Origin: the human T2T-CHM13v2.0 reference genome, Homo sapiens
Length of the DNA stretch: 64,000 bases
Assembly (NCBI RefSeq): GCF_009914755.1
Contig: NC_060930.1
Strand: one strand, 5' to 3'
A program made the position numbers and the translations under genes. Shown one piece after another: positions 1 to 17,671 of this stretch (position 1 is the stretch's first letter; every line of letters starts with the position of its first letter). The notes under the pieces are model-generated. The model had not been told where the DNA came from, did no database searches, and saw only the letters and a program-made list of their open reading frames with translations.

Positions 1-333
1 CCAAACAGCCAGTCTTGGGTTTATTCCAGTTTTTCGTTTTTCTATCATACATCTTCACCTACAGTCCCAGATGAGCAGAACAGCTTTAAGCATTGTGCAA
101 TTACACATACAGGCATCTATAAGGCATTCTCATATTGGATGTCAATCAGTCTCATGGCAAATTTAATAACAGTAGCAGTTGTCAAGCATACCCAAAATAA
201 ACTAAATTATCCATCCAACCTTTTGTATTTAAGGGCTTTTTTTATTATGTGTTTTAGAAAAACACTTTCACTTTCAGCAGTGTCCTATCTATGATCAGTC
301 TCTCCTGAGAGGTTTTTTAAATAAGATGGAATG

Positions 334-2137
<1,804 letters not shown>

Positions 2138-2192
2138 CGATTGAAGATAATGACAAACATTAGTCATTACCATTAGCATAAGGCATGAGACA

Positions 2193-2194
<2 letters not shown>

Positions 2195-2250
<56 letters not shown>
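2195..2250. repeat. (AT)28 microsatellite
   Basis: Perfect AT dinucleotide run. Confidence 0.97.
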
Positions 2251-2253
<3 letters not shown>

Positions 2254-5200
2254 GCTGGGACATGGCAGTAGAAATCTGACTACCTATGGCTTGGGCAAGC
2301 TTCTGACTACCGCTGACCATTATTTTGTAAAGTGAAACTGGTTAAGTCTGGTAGCAGTATCCTTAATGGCACGTGTATCATAAGACCTTATTGTTTTCCA
2401 CCACACGGTATGGAGCTTAATGTCCTCTATTAACTGAAAACAAACAGTTATACTGCTTAATGACTGTTCAATTAATGTTTATGTGCTACTTTTACACCCT
2501 GAATTATTTGATGAATAAACTTTAAGATGTCACTTGAAAACTAAGTTTAATGAAACCTCAACTACTATTAAAAATTCCTGGGATTCTTATAGTATCTCAC
2601 ATTATCAGTTAGGGAGTAAAGAGCATATATCAATATTCAAAAATGTACACTCATGTAAAAATGAAAGAAAAATCAAAAGTTTGGAAAGAATTGATGTATG
2701 TGGCTTGACTCTTGCTGCCTTGTAATTGAAAATCAAAACAGGGTTAAAATAGAAATAACCGGGTCAAACCAGTCAAAGGTGAAACTTGGTTTATTATACC
2801 AGAAAGGCTTAACCTTTGTATTTCAATTGTTTTCTGAACTTGTAACACCACACTTACTGATCTTTCTACTTTTCTTATATAAAAGCTAGCATTTTAAAAG
2901 TACAAGCAGATTAGATGTTTTAATTCAACACCCTTCCTTGGGTAGAAGTTTTATAAAATTACTGAAAATATAGTATCAATGGAAGGTTGACATATTTGAA
3001 TTTATGAGAAAAAATGACTTCTGAATTTTGTAGCATTTTGGATATAGCAGTATTATATTTATCCATTGTTATTCATTCTAATATATCCAAATACTGGGAA
3101 AATTAGTTAACAATACCCCTTATTGTCCCAAATTTAGTTGGGAATCATCTGACATAGGAAAAAAACAACAACAAGAACTGAGGAAAAGACAGTGCCCATT
3201 TCCTTTTGGAAAACAGGCATCCTTTAACACCATGCATGGTATTTGCAAATCCTGATGTATACATATTTTAACAGAACTGTAGCCATCTTCTCCTTCCTGT
3301 ACTGTGGTTTTACAGATCAACATTAGGTTCATAAACACGGACAAATTAGATGCAAGTTTAAGAGATGTCAAGCCTTCTTGATAACTTCCTGCTAAGAACA
3401 CAACTGGAAAATGACAAATTTATCATATACCTGATGGGTAGAAGAAGTTTAAAGTTGACTGCTTTTGATTACAAAGCAATGAGTTTTTCATTCTTTAGTA
3501 TATTTTGCATTTCTTAAACACTGTTTCACTGAAATATATTTGGTTAAATTGATTTGAATTTGATTAGTTTAGCACTATAGTTTTAATATCTGTAATAAAT
3601 AAAGGTGTGTCTATGGTGTTACAACACATTAAAAATATTTTGGCTGAGCAATTAACTTACTTCTAATTTTTAAATATATACCTATTGGATATTAACACAA
3701 TTTATTTGTAATTTAAAAGATATACTTTTTCTAATTCTACATATTGTTAGCTAATATAATTCATGCTCTAATTCATGTCTAGTCTATTTTTGATGTTACA
3801 TAAAAATTTGTGTTTGGTATGCATTTCATAAAGGAGTTGAATTATAAATTCTAATTTTACTTCCAATTAAAAATAAATATAGTATGTTTCTCCAGTTATT
3901 TTATAGCTAATTTTCATATGTCAGAAATTAAAATAGAAGAAAATATTTTAGGAAATAGAGTATTGGACATACGGTTTAGGTATTATCATGTTAATATAGG
4001 ACATAAATCACTGGTTTTAAATGTTGCCAGAAGTATTAGGAAATATTTAAGTGTTTTACTACAATGTAAGGGTATATTTTTAAGTGTAAGAGGAGTTGCA
4101 TCACTTATAAGTAATGCTTGCATTCTCAGAAAAACCAGGGAGAAGAAAGAGTTAACAGGTTGTTGGCTAATTCTGGCAAGTGTCCTATTTGAATAGATGA
4201 TCAGTTCAATAGATAATACTTATTTCTAAACTTTACTGGCTTAATGTAGAAAAAAATAAACTTTCAAAACTGTGTAATCAATAAAATTAGAAGGTTGGTA
4301 AGTATATGATATAGAAAATAGAAAAATTACATAAATAATGTTCTATTAAAGTCTGAAATACAATCTTATTCATTTATGTAAGTAAGTGCTGGTAAAATCT
4401 GAATATCTTTTGAAGGAAAAAAAAATCCAGAATTAAATGTATTACAAAACTGATGTTCTGTGTAATATAAAGAATACTTTAATTTTTAATTATAAAGATT
4501 ATTCACAGTTTTTACTCTAATAATTTAATTTTGAAATTTAATTCCATCATAATGAATAGTTATCAACAAATTAATAGATGGTGCTTAGTTCTGAAATTTC
4601 TGTTCTCAAGTTATAGTTTCACATTTTATACATTGAAAATAATTTTAAAAAACTATTATACTTAGGAACCAAAAGTCTGACAAGTTGAATAGTTATATTT
4701 TGATGTTGCTTATGATTTTATTAAGATCAAAACTATTAGTCATATATACAAATCACTTGAGAAGTGAGATATGTGTTATTTCTGTTACTTGATAAGTCTA
4801 TGAATTGACTAAATGCAGCTGTAAAACATTAATGCTATCATAGCATTATTTTGAGAAAGAAGGTATACTTCTATTGCAACAAAATAAATCCTACTTGGAA
4901 AATAAATACAATAGAGCACTTATGTCTTCACATTTCTAAAAACATATCCAGAGAATAAAATAATGCCTAAATATTTACCAAATATCATTATCAAATAATT
5001 TAGCTTTATAAATAAATACACATTCTAGAAACATTCTTTAGCATGTAAAATATTATTATAGTATTTTTGCTGTGGACATTGTAGACATACTTGAAGTTAT
5101 TTTTCATTTACACTGTGTTTCTAGACCCTTCCTTCTACGTTGCAGGATGAGAATAGGTGGTGGGGGAAATTTTATTACCAAATATATATATTTGTTTCAC

Positions 5201-8200
5201 AATTTGCAACTTAGGGTCCACTTCCTAATACAAAAGTGCATTTCCTGATTCTTGCAGTTAACCAGAAATCTGTCTGCTTCTGAGTACACCAGACCCTGAA
5301 GTGTACAGCACAGTGGAACTATCTGACCACAGGAATGAAAATTCAGAAACTTGTGTCGAATTTGAAAATAGAGTAAGCCTAAGACTTTGAAATATGTTGC
5401 TTTTATATTGAAAAAGCTTTTTTTCTTATTAAACAATATAATACAGCAAATTAATTGTAAAACACTAAACTCTCTAATTATTTGCCATGTATTGCTTCAA
5501 CAATGGTTTTGTGACAAATAGGTATTTCTGGGTCCTTGCAATGCACTTTAGCAATAAAGGTGGACAGAGATAAATTAGATCAAATAGTAGAATCCTCCAG
5601 ATGGCTACACTTTCATGGAAGAAGCCCAAGTCTCTGAACTGCTAAATGAAATTGTTTAGTAAATTAAATTAAGATCAACTGCTGACCTGTTTAATTTAGA
5701 CACAAACCTTCTGGGTTTTTTTTTTTTTTTTCTCAAAAGAAGGATTCTTGGTTGAAAATTAGAAAACTTCTGTGAATGTTCTGGCTTTTGCAAACCAAAC
5801 AAAAATTAGACTTTTAAACTCATTTAAAAACGTCAATTATCCAATAGCCGCAAAGTACTTTTTTTTTTTTTTAAGATGGAAGGACAAATGTAAGGAAGTA
5901 TATAAAAATAATGACAAAAGTTATGTTAATTTTTATCTAGTGGTAGAATAACAACTATATTCTCTTTTTTTAATGAAGTTCTTGTAATAGTAGATCCTAA
6001 AGAAATGAAATCACAATTCTGATATTTTAAACATAAATTAGAATGTTTCCATTTATTTATGACTGTCTCACATTTTTAATTAATTTCAATTCTATTCTTC
6101 CCCAGCTAAAGTTTTATGCAATTTATCAAAAATCATAAACAGTACATAAGAAGTATTTTAAGACCAGAAAAGATGGAAGCATATTGATATTTATTCATTT
6201 AATTAAATTTGAAAAATGTCTCTCTTCAACTTGGACCAATATACCAGTTAAGAAAAAAACCATTAAGCCTTTTCCTAAGAGGGCTCCAATTTTTGCATCA
6301 GAAAGGTAAAGCCTGGCTGCTTTTCTGCAAAATATTTCTTCGTCATCTTTAAACCAAGATACTGCAGTTGATGTCATTTTTCCTTATGTGACAGCTAGCA
6401 ATATATTTAGCACAGCAGACTATTTGGCATTCACTGAATATTTTTTAACTAAATTGTCATGAGGCTACTTTCTTCTGAACCTACTTCATTTAGTCACAGG
6501 CTAGCATTACTAGCATTATTTGCAGGGTGAAGTGTTTTCTTGGGTGATACAATGAAATGGTAGAATTAGTGATGGAAAATTATGTGGATTCAATAAATCA
6601 TTTGAATATTACTTAAAATATTCAAATATCTTGGAATTAAATCCTGAGAAAATTAGTGGTTATCTCCTACTTCTGAGGAATCAAATAAACTCATCACTAA
6701 GTTTTACCTATGAGTAATTAAGTTTTTAAAATACTCTATGCTAGGTATTTCCTATTAATCTAAATATAACAAATAAAAAATGCATTTTTATCGAGAACTT
6801 TATATTGTTAAGGCTTGCAAGAGGGTCTATTTTTTACCTCACAATATATAGTATTATATACCAAAATACAGAACTCTTAAAATGTAGGTTCAAAAACACT
6901 GTCTCTCAAACATCAATATATTTATAAAATAGTGTGGTAAAATGACTTTGGTATACCTTTGGCATGCATAGATTTAGTAGTCCTATTTTTTAATATCTCT
7001 GGACAAATCTTAAGGTGCATAATATGCAGTATTTATAATTTTCTAAAAATACAAATTTTATTTAACAGACAAGTGAGAGGCTGGTATAAATTTTTATTCT
7101 TTACCTAACACTGGACACAGACATTTTCCAAAATGATAAAAGAAAAATCTGCTGGTGGAAGTAAAAGGAAAGTGTGTAATGGTCTAAGAAAGTAATTATT
7201 CTGAGACAGAAAAAAGAAGCTCCAGATGTATTCAGGAGTTGAATGTTCTTTTTTCACTGTAAAGGGAATGCATATTTTAAGTATCTAACGTTATTGTTTT
7301 ATGTGATAAACAGTACAAGATGGCAATTTATGAGAATTATTAGATCTCAGGACATTACATTCCCTAAAGGATGTAAGGAGAGGTGTATCTTTTGTTTTTC
7401 ACATTACTATCTGTTTAATCCCAGCACTTCTAATGGATATCAGCTTTTAAGCTACATTCTTTTTCTTTCCAAATCTTTTTCCTTGTTTTTATATTCACCT
7501 TCACTTTGGTATCCTATTACTAAATATAATAAGGTATAAAATATATTTTAGTAGTGGGTATCATCAGATTGGAAAAGAGATAAATGGAAAACTCCATTTT
7601 ATTTTTGCAGTCACACAGACTGGGACAAATCAATACAATACAGGATGCTGTTAGTAAACAAATAAGTAACCATGACTATTTTTCTAGAGGGACAATTTCC
7701 CATTTATTTTCATTTTTCATGGAGATTTTATGTTATTATATTGTTTAGGATATCTCAACCTCCACAAAGCCTAAATTCTATACTTAGATACACATAGCTT
7801 CCATTTAATCAATGGTAAATAGGCAAATATAGACAGGCATAATATACATGATGATTAGGGTTACTGTACAGGACTCAATATCTTGAGCCAATATCAACTT
7901 TATACTTAGGGTTGTTGAGAAAATAAATGAAATAATTCTCAAAAACACAACAGTCTTGACAGGTAGTATGCACTTAATTATTTAAAATGTCTTTTTCTTC
8001 AGATTATTATTATTACGGAAACAATTGTTAGTCTCACTTTCATTTTTACCCCTGACTCTTTCATTGTAAACAATATATATGCAACATCATTGTAAGGATT
8101 CTTATATATAAACATACCTTATAGTACCTATTATAAATACATCCAATATATATTTGCTTATAAATATAATGATGATTTCTTAACAACTTCTAAAGGCTAC

Positions 8201-10559
8201 ATTAGCTAAATATTTTAAAGAGAACATTATAAAAATGTTTAAGGTGTTTAAATGTTAAATATATTTAAACATATTAATATGTTTATAGACTTAATTTTTA
8301 TTTACACGTTTGATATATATCTTGGATATTTTAAAGTAAAAATGTTAGCCCAAGAAAAAATAACTAACTTGGGGAAGATATTTACTAAACTTGGGAGAAT
8401 ATACACAAACCTGCATGATTTTAATTAACATAGCTCATAATTCTATGAGTATGTACTATTATTATCACCATTTTACCTATAAGAAATTTAAGCTTGAAAA
8501 GATAAAGATATTTTGCTCACACTCTAGAGTGTGTACTATGGATTAGTTCCATAGTACATGATACAACTTTAATCATCCCCGCATACACAAATCAACCTAT
8601 TGGAAATGGGTATTAGCTTATTTTTCACTAAGAAACAAAATTCAGCTCACTTCTGAAAATTGAAATTGCATATATTTACACACCAGAATCCCACTTCAAA
8701 TAAATAAATAACAAACAGCTGAAGAATGGAGGAGGAAATGAAGGAAAGAAAGACAAAGAAATAGAAAAGAACTATAAACCAATCTATTAACAGCTATCTC
8801 TGAGGAGTAGGATTATACATTTCTTATTTTTAAACTACATATTTACTTTACATACTATTTTTGTTTACCTTGAGAATGGACTACTTTGTAATCATAGTTG
8901 ACAATGTAAAAACAAAGAAGCCCTCCAAAAGTACTAAGTTCCCATTAATTCTGTCAAATCCTAAGACAATCATTATTTGTACCTGAATTACTCACTAGAA
9001 ACAAAAAAATCTTTAAAAAGTTATGCCAATTTGTGCTTCATTAAAGGTTATCAGGTGATAAAAGGATTCCAGAGAAGTTTCTCTGATGAAATGTGATATT
9101 ACTTATTTTACAAATTATTGCCTTACAAGAAAGCATAAAGCAGCATATCTACATAAATTCTAAATAATTATTTACTGGTCAATAAATTAATTTATACTCA
9201 TAAACCCCTAACAAGAAAGTTAAAAGACACAGTTTAAAAATTCAACATTAATTTCATTTTAAAGAATATCTTCAAGCAACATATAATTATAATTTTCCCT
9301 GTTTAAAGATATTTAAAACTGCCTTCATTCCAGTCACAGACTTTATTTAATGGTCTTTGTAAATTCCGTAAATAAGTGTTCATTTCTAATTTTAAAGTTT
9401 ATACTTTGAAAAAATTACAGAAGTTGGACAAATCAGAGATGTTTGCTCATCTAGTTCATCCTCTTATACTTTATAGATAAGAAATCAAAATTTTATGAAC
9501 AGAGATTACATATTAATGTTAACAGTTGTTATTTTTCCATTTTCATTAAATATATTTCTCTTTCCTTTTATAATTTCTGGTTTACAATGGACACGTATTG
9601 GTTTCATAATTAACTCAATAAACATTTCTCATTGTAGGAGCTCTGTTGAATAGATTGGACACTGCACTCTCCCACATAGCTGTCAATTGCCTTTCTCTTT
9701 GTCTTCTCATTTCCCCATATGGTATTGCGAAAATGACACAAGACACTGAGAAGATAGGAGCATGATGACATTACAGTAGTTGAAAAATTTCATCATGTCT
9801 AAAAAAGTAGACTGTGAATTTAGAGGATACGAAATATGGTGTACCATTGTGAGACAAAAGACAATGAGACAGAAGAGAGGGAAAACAGTAGAACGTTTTT
9901 CTACTGATGTAAGTCATCCTGAGAGGCATCAAGATGATAGAAAACCTGTGAGATCAAGCATCTCCAATTTTCTCCTGGGTATAGATCCTTCACTATATTC
10001 CATGGTGAAGTATGAAGCATCGTGGAACAGGAACTTAAGATTAGTGTTCAGTAACTAGTTGCCAATTTTTAAGTTGGTTCATTCTGTATTTTTTTGTGTT
10101 TGGGTATAAAGAAAGATAAGCCAGCTGTTGTTAGGGCAACTGGTAGTATATGAATCAGACAACTATTTCTCCTGTTTTCTCAATTCCTCTCATAATAAAG
10201 TGTAAGAGACTGAGAAAACAACATATCAAGTAGAGTGACTTTCTCCAATGCACACTGTAAATATTCTTTTGAATAACAATTAATAATTTCTACATAAAGA
10301 GACTAAGAAACTAATTTTAATGATGGATTTGGAAAACTGGTACCTGTTACCAAAAACAGCTATCTTATTGTTACCTCAGATATTTAATTGGAAACTAGAA
10401 TTTAACTAGAATTTTGCCAAATGTTACACATTATATCGACAACAGGAAATGCCTTTTAAAAATATTTAACACTGAATGGTATCTTCACTTGGGTTCTTAA
10501 CACATGACTGCATGGCTTATACAAGTATATTTCTAGTTTGAAATTGACCCTTATTCTTT

Positions 10560-12721
<2,162 letters not shown>

Positions 12722-13620
12722 TAAAGCAGAGTTTTGATCTACAGATTGACGAATAAAAGCTTGAAGTTGCTTTCATGCTTATTTAATCATGTGAGTGGTT
12801 TTCTTAAATGTGAAAATGGAATTTAGATTATAAATGAATTCATTTGTTCCACCAATGACTGTAGTCATGCTTTGTGGCAAGTGTGGAATACTTTCATCTA
12901 TGTTTTTCTATGATGAAATCAGAATGATGAATGGGGAAAGATCAAAGTAAAATGACTGACTTCAAGTTAAGATGTTTTGTCATATCATTTTTTACATCAA
13001 TATTCTTCATATTGCTGCAGAACAGAAATTATGTCAAGGCTACCTGGAATTCTGTCTCCTCTTTTTGATCAAATTTATTCAGTTAGAAAACTCCACAGTA
13101 TTTTGGAAAATGTGTGGGTTATCAAACTTTGTTTTAAATTTTGGCTTTGCTATACATCTTAGCAGTGTGACACTACTTCCTCTTCTGTAAAATGAGTTTA
13201 ATTATACTTCATTTGCATTCTTGTTCAAAGAATTACAGATGCTTCAAGTAAGTTTTTATGTGAAAATTCTAGTAACTTGTCCAGCATATATGCTCAAAAA
13301 CCAGAAGATTCCACTATCATTATTGTTATTAATGCTATATACCCTTATATCAATCATAAATCATGTAATCAACTTTAACAACTACTATACAATTCAGTAT
13401 TTTCAATCATTTACTTACTACATGATTTTTTTGCAGTAAAAGTTAAACATTGTTTTAGCAACAGGCCTTTTGATACTGAAACTTTGTATGTGATACTCAG
13501 CCAGCTCAAATTACTGATCACTTTTCTCTCTTCCCTTTAGAAACAAGACAAAACAACCCTACAAACTTCGGTATTACATGAACGAAAATATAGAGAGAAT
13601 GATATAAGGAGTAACATTTT

Positions 13621-13896
13621 AAAATTTTATTTATTGTTATGTAATAGAGTACATATTTTTGGAGTACAGGTGATAATCTAATATGTTCGTATAATTTGTA
13701 AAGATCAAATCAGTGTAATTGGGATGTCCACCACCTTAAATATTTGTCTCTATTTATGCAAGAAATGTTTGAATTAATCTCTTCCAGCTACTTTGAAATG
13801 TATGATAGATTATTATGAACCACAGTCACCCTACTGATCTATCAAACACTTGGTCTTATTTCTTCTAACTATATATTTTTACTCATTAGTCAAACT
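13621..13896 (-). mobile_element. Old L1 3'-end fragment (L1MA-like)
   Basis: Resembles an L1MA 3'UTR (gatcaaatcagtgtaattggg...cagtcaccctactgatctatcaaacact); TSD-like flanks aggagtaacatttt / aaaagttacatttt. Confidence 0.7.
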
Positions 13897-14047
13897 TAAA
13901 AAGTTACATTTTAAAAAAGCATTGTAGCTTTTAAAATACTAGTCTATATATTTTCATGTAAAGACCTAAAAGAACAAGAGTAATCATTTAATAACATAGT
14001 TTTAAAAATAATTTCCTTTCAAAGAATTCTTGATAACCTTTCATATG

Positions 14048-14310
14048 TCATTTTGTGACAACTTTATTTAAAAACTGTTAGTGCTTCAACTGTTATTAAG
14101 CTAAATGGTCACAGTTCTATTAATACGGTATACTAAAAGTGAAAATTATCTAAATATTACACTAAATATTATCTAAATATCATTTTGTGACAACTTTATT
14201 TAAAAACTGTTAGTGCTTCAACGGTTATTAAGCTAAATGGTCACAGTTCCATTAATACTGTATACTAAAAGTGAAAATTATCTAAATATACATTAAATAT
14301 TATCTAAATA
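14048..14310. repeat. Tandem duplication, 2 x ~132 bp
   Basis: Unit starting tcattttgtgacaac at 14048 and 14180; about 5 differences. Confidence 0.95.
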
Positions 14311-16710
14311 TTACATAGTGACCTCAGGGCACTATAAGACCTCAGGACACCACTATTCAGTTTCCTAAATGGCATCAAATTGATTCTGATGTAATCATAT
14401 TTGAGTTCAGTAATACTTTTTGTTGCCCAGATATTAGTAGGCACAAATAATTTATTCTTAATTTTATTATTACTAAAATACTTTGTTTAGTTAGTCTGAT
14501 TGTCTAGTTTTTAGCTAATCTGATTTGTTTATTTAATTTGATTTTTCAGTGAGGTTTCCAGTTGTTATGGGATCATCTAACCAAGAGTTAGAGCATTATC
14601 TGAAAATATACATAGACCACGCATACAGATAACTTTAAAATATGCTTAGGCTGCACTATTATCTAAAAACCTTAAAATGCCATGCAAGTTTGTGTCACTT
14701 GCATGAGGTGGATGTCAGACATGATGTTTGACAACTTTGGGAGCCATCACATTGAAGATCATGAGGGCAGACATGATGCCATGAACCCATATGGGACCAG
14801 CATTGTTTCCTGATACTGACAAGAGAAGGCATCCTCTGTTCGTGCATATGCTTGCCAGTTAGGACTACTTGCTGATGGTTTTTGTTCAAATAAAAGTTGC
14901 CACTAAAAGGATACTAACTTAAAGAAATTATCACTCTCTGTCTCTGGAGAAGCCTAGCATATTCATTTATGATTATTTTAAGAGTGAGGCAAGTTATGAC
15001 TTGCCTATAAATGTCTCTGCTATATATAATTATATTTTTCTAAACCTTAACTTGATTTCAAACTTAAGTCTCCATTCCGCTGAGTGCAGAAAAATCATCC
15101 CAGCCAATTCAGATTAATTTTGATCAGAAGTTCCTTTGTCAGGGATTTATTTTTCCCCTTCTCTTTTTCCTGGCTTGGATTTAAGTTCTGGAGGCACTGG
15201 TGGCAGGGAGCAGCTGATCTTCTCACCTTTCCATGTTATTGTGTCCACTGACAACATCTGCATCCTGGCCAGCACTGGTCTATGTTGAAGCTACTGCATC
15301 CTCCCTGCCTTCCTGTGAAAGCAATTGTGTGTGCAGTTTTCTCTGCCAGACTTGCTTCACTCTTGCTAGTGCAGTGAAACATCCTATAGATACTTCTACA
15401 GGATTGCGCCTCACACAGAGTGGTGTGGACAACTCTGTGAGGCTTGCTGCCTCCCAGACTCCCCTTTAGTCAGAGGTCCTCTCTGTGTTCCAAACCCATC
15501 TGAGGCTTTTATTGGATAAGTGACACAGTGTATAGAACCCATATTAAAGGCCATGCTAATATTTTAGATATTGCTGCCTCTTGAGCTCTCTTCTGAGCCT
15601 GGACAACCTTTATCTTGCAGACATATGTAGGTAGGTAGTAGAAGTCTTTTATATCTACTGTTTAATGCATAAACTTTATGTTCAAAGTAAATCAGGCTTA
15701 CGTTACTCAAAATGAAGTTATCTGAAAATCAAAATTCCCTTTCTTGCAAATCATTGTTTTTGTACTTAAAAATAATGTTCTCTTTTCTTGTTCAACACTA
15801 ATTTTTCTGCTGCGATAACCCTGCCCTGAGTTAATGCATATAAAGATCTAGTCTGAATGGTGAGAGAGTCATAGGTTTATAAGACCACAACAACAATCAA
15901 ATAATTACAGTGAATAAAAAGTCATATTGATTAACACATCAAAAGAATAACAACCTATAGCTGGTTGTTCTTTCATTGCTTTATCAGATCAAGCCCACTG
16001 TTTGAAATGGATAAAAGAGAATAATGAGTAGGATGTCTGGGTGAGAGATTCTTTTTCCTCTTGCTTTACAAAAATAGTGACAATTTTTATACTCAAATAT
16101 ATATGAAATGTTACTGATAAGTAAAATTTCAGAATTTAACTCTGTAATTTTTGATGTGCAATCTTGCAGAGAAAAGAACTTTAGTTGAAGCAATACAGTA
16201 TCAAATAATTGTTTTAAGAGTTTGAATTTTAGAAAAGCTGTCTCAGGTGAAGGGGCAGTTAGTAATGATAAAATTGACTAAATGTGAGGTTTATCTTGTC
16301 TTACGGGGGTAGTTTTATTAGGAACAGCACTCATTCTTTACTTCAAACCTGTAATAGCTTCTTCTTCCTTTTCCTTATAAAATTTGAACAATTCAACACA
16401 GCACTTAGTGACAACTGGGAACTGACTTGAACCCATAGTATTTTCAGGCTTTGCCTTTTCTCTGTGTACTTTTGTAAGTCTGCCCCTCAGGGCCCACTGG
16501 GCTTCTGCTTTCCTCTCAAACACATTGAATTTTTCCAGCTGCACAAACTGAGACAGCCTATTCCCCTCACCAGGAGGTGTTGCCTTCCTCACAGCGAATG
16601 AGCTACTCCTTTCCTTCCACTCCACCTCATATCTCTCTCAGTCTCTGTCACTGCCCCCTTTTCCCCCATCATAAGGAATCTCCAGGCTCTCTCATAGCTC
16701 TCCTACAGCC

Positions 16711-16930
16711 GATCATTAAAGTTAACATATATTATGGATATTTATGTAGTAAAAACAGGACTAGACACAGAAGATTAAAACTTGGGGTTTAAAACCCTGC
16801 TTTAAACATCAGACCAAGTCGATCATTAAAGTTAACATATATTATGGATATTTATGTAGTAAAAACAGAACTAGACACAGAAGATTAAAACTTGGGGTTT
16901 AAAACCCTGCGTTAAACATCACACTAAGTC
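16711..16930. repeat. Tandem duplication, 2 x 110 bp
   Basis: Unit starting gatcattaaagttaac at 16711 and 16821; 4 substitutions. Confidence 0.95.
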
Positions 16931-17610
16931 ATTTCAGTTCTTTGAGCATCAGCTCAGCCTGTGGATTTCATAACTGTCCCTGCACTCTTTTCAGTTGAAG
17001 TTTATTGGCTAAAGTTTTCAACTTCTCGTGTACGGAAACCAAGTCTCAATTTCAAACAGCGATTTTACTCCGTAACTATCTGCTAAATAAAATGGAATGC
17101 TGGATGAGAAGCAAAAAGCTTACTGATCAGTCTAATGGGATAACTGGGGAAAATAATGGTAATGTTTAGTTATTTTATTTTATTCTTATTGACAAGGGAT
17201 AGGTAAGGAGTTGGTCAGGGACTACCCTGTCCCTTCCCTTTATTTTAGCCAATGATTGTGAGTTCCTTCTCCTATAACCAAGTTTTATTGCGCTTTCTTT
17301 GTAAAACTAAGGAGAGGTAGAATATAGTAGTTCATAGCAAAGAAAAAGGCAGAAGATTAACTACTAATTCACAATTCACTTGACAAGCTTCTGATTAAAT
17401 TCACAAAGTCTTGCCAGGTAAATACTAAATCATGCCACTTTATTTCAAAGAGGACAAAAAATACTTCAATTTCTTGACAACAACCTAAGCCTTTTCAGTA
17501 GTTCAACAAGTGGCATTAGGTGTTTTAGCTCATCACTATAGCTTCACGTTTTATCATGGGTTCATGCTGATGAGATTATCTATTTCAAATAAGACAAAAA
17601 ATAAGCTTAC

Positions 17611-17671
17611 CTCCATCCTTCTTAGCAAATCACATCGGTTATTCAATTATGTGTTCTTTGTTTGTGGGTAC
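17611..17671 (-). other. KHDRBS2: Candidate non-coding/poison exon of KHDRBS2 downstream of the poly(A) site (61 nt)
   Basis: Strong acceptor tctttttctattccttctcattatttcag|G and strong donor GAG|gtaagc; same strand as the gene; unique sequence; stops in all three frames. Confidence 0.7.

Noticed and set aside
1-61. Possible minus-strand exon starting at 58 (gactgtag|GTGAAG) with AATAAA at 20-25
   Set aside because: Weak polypyrimidine tract and cut by the window edge; cannot be supported.
7105-7200. Minus-strand exon-like unit (cttttttctgtctcag ... TAG|gtaaag) as a further downstream KHDRBS2 exon
   Set aside because: The body is U-rich and intron-like; such pseudo-exons are common and nothing else supports it.
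14640-14900. Higher-GC stretch with many ATGs, considered as a processed pseudogene
   Set aside because: The translations I checked resemble no protein I recognise; no poly(A) tail or TSD.
14048-16930. Tandem repeats as a CRISPR-like or programmed array
   Set aside because: Only two adjacent copies each, no spacers, in eukaryotic DNA.
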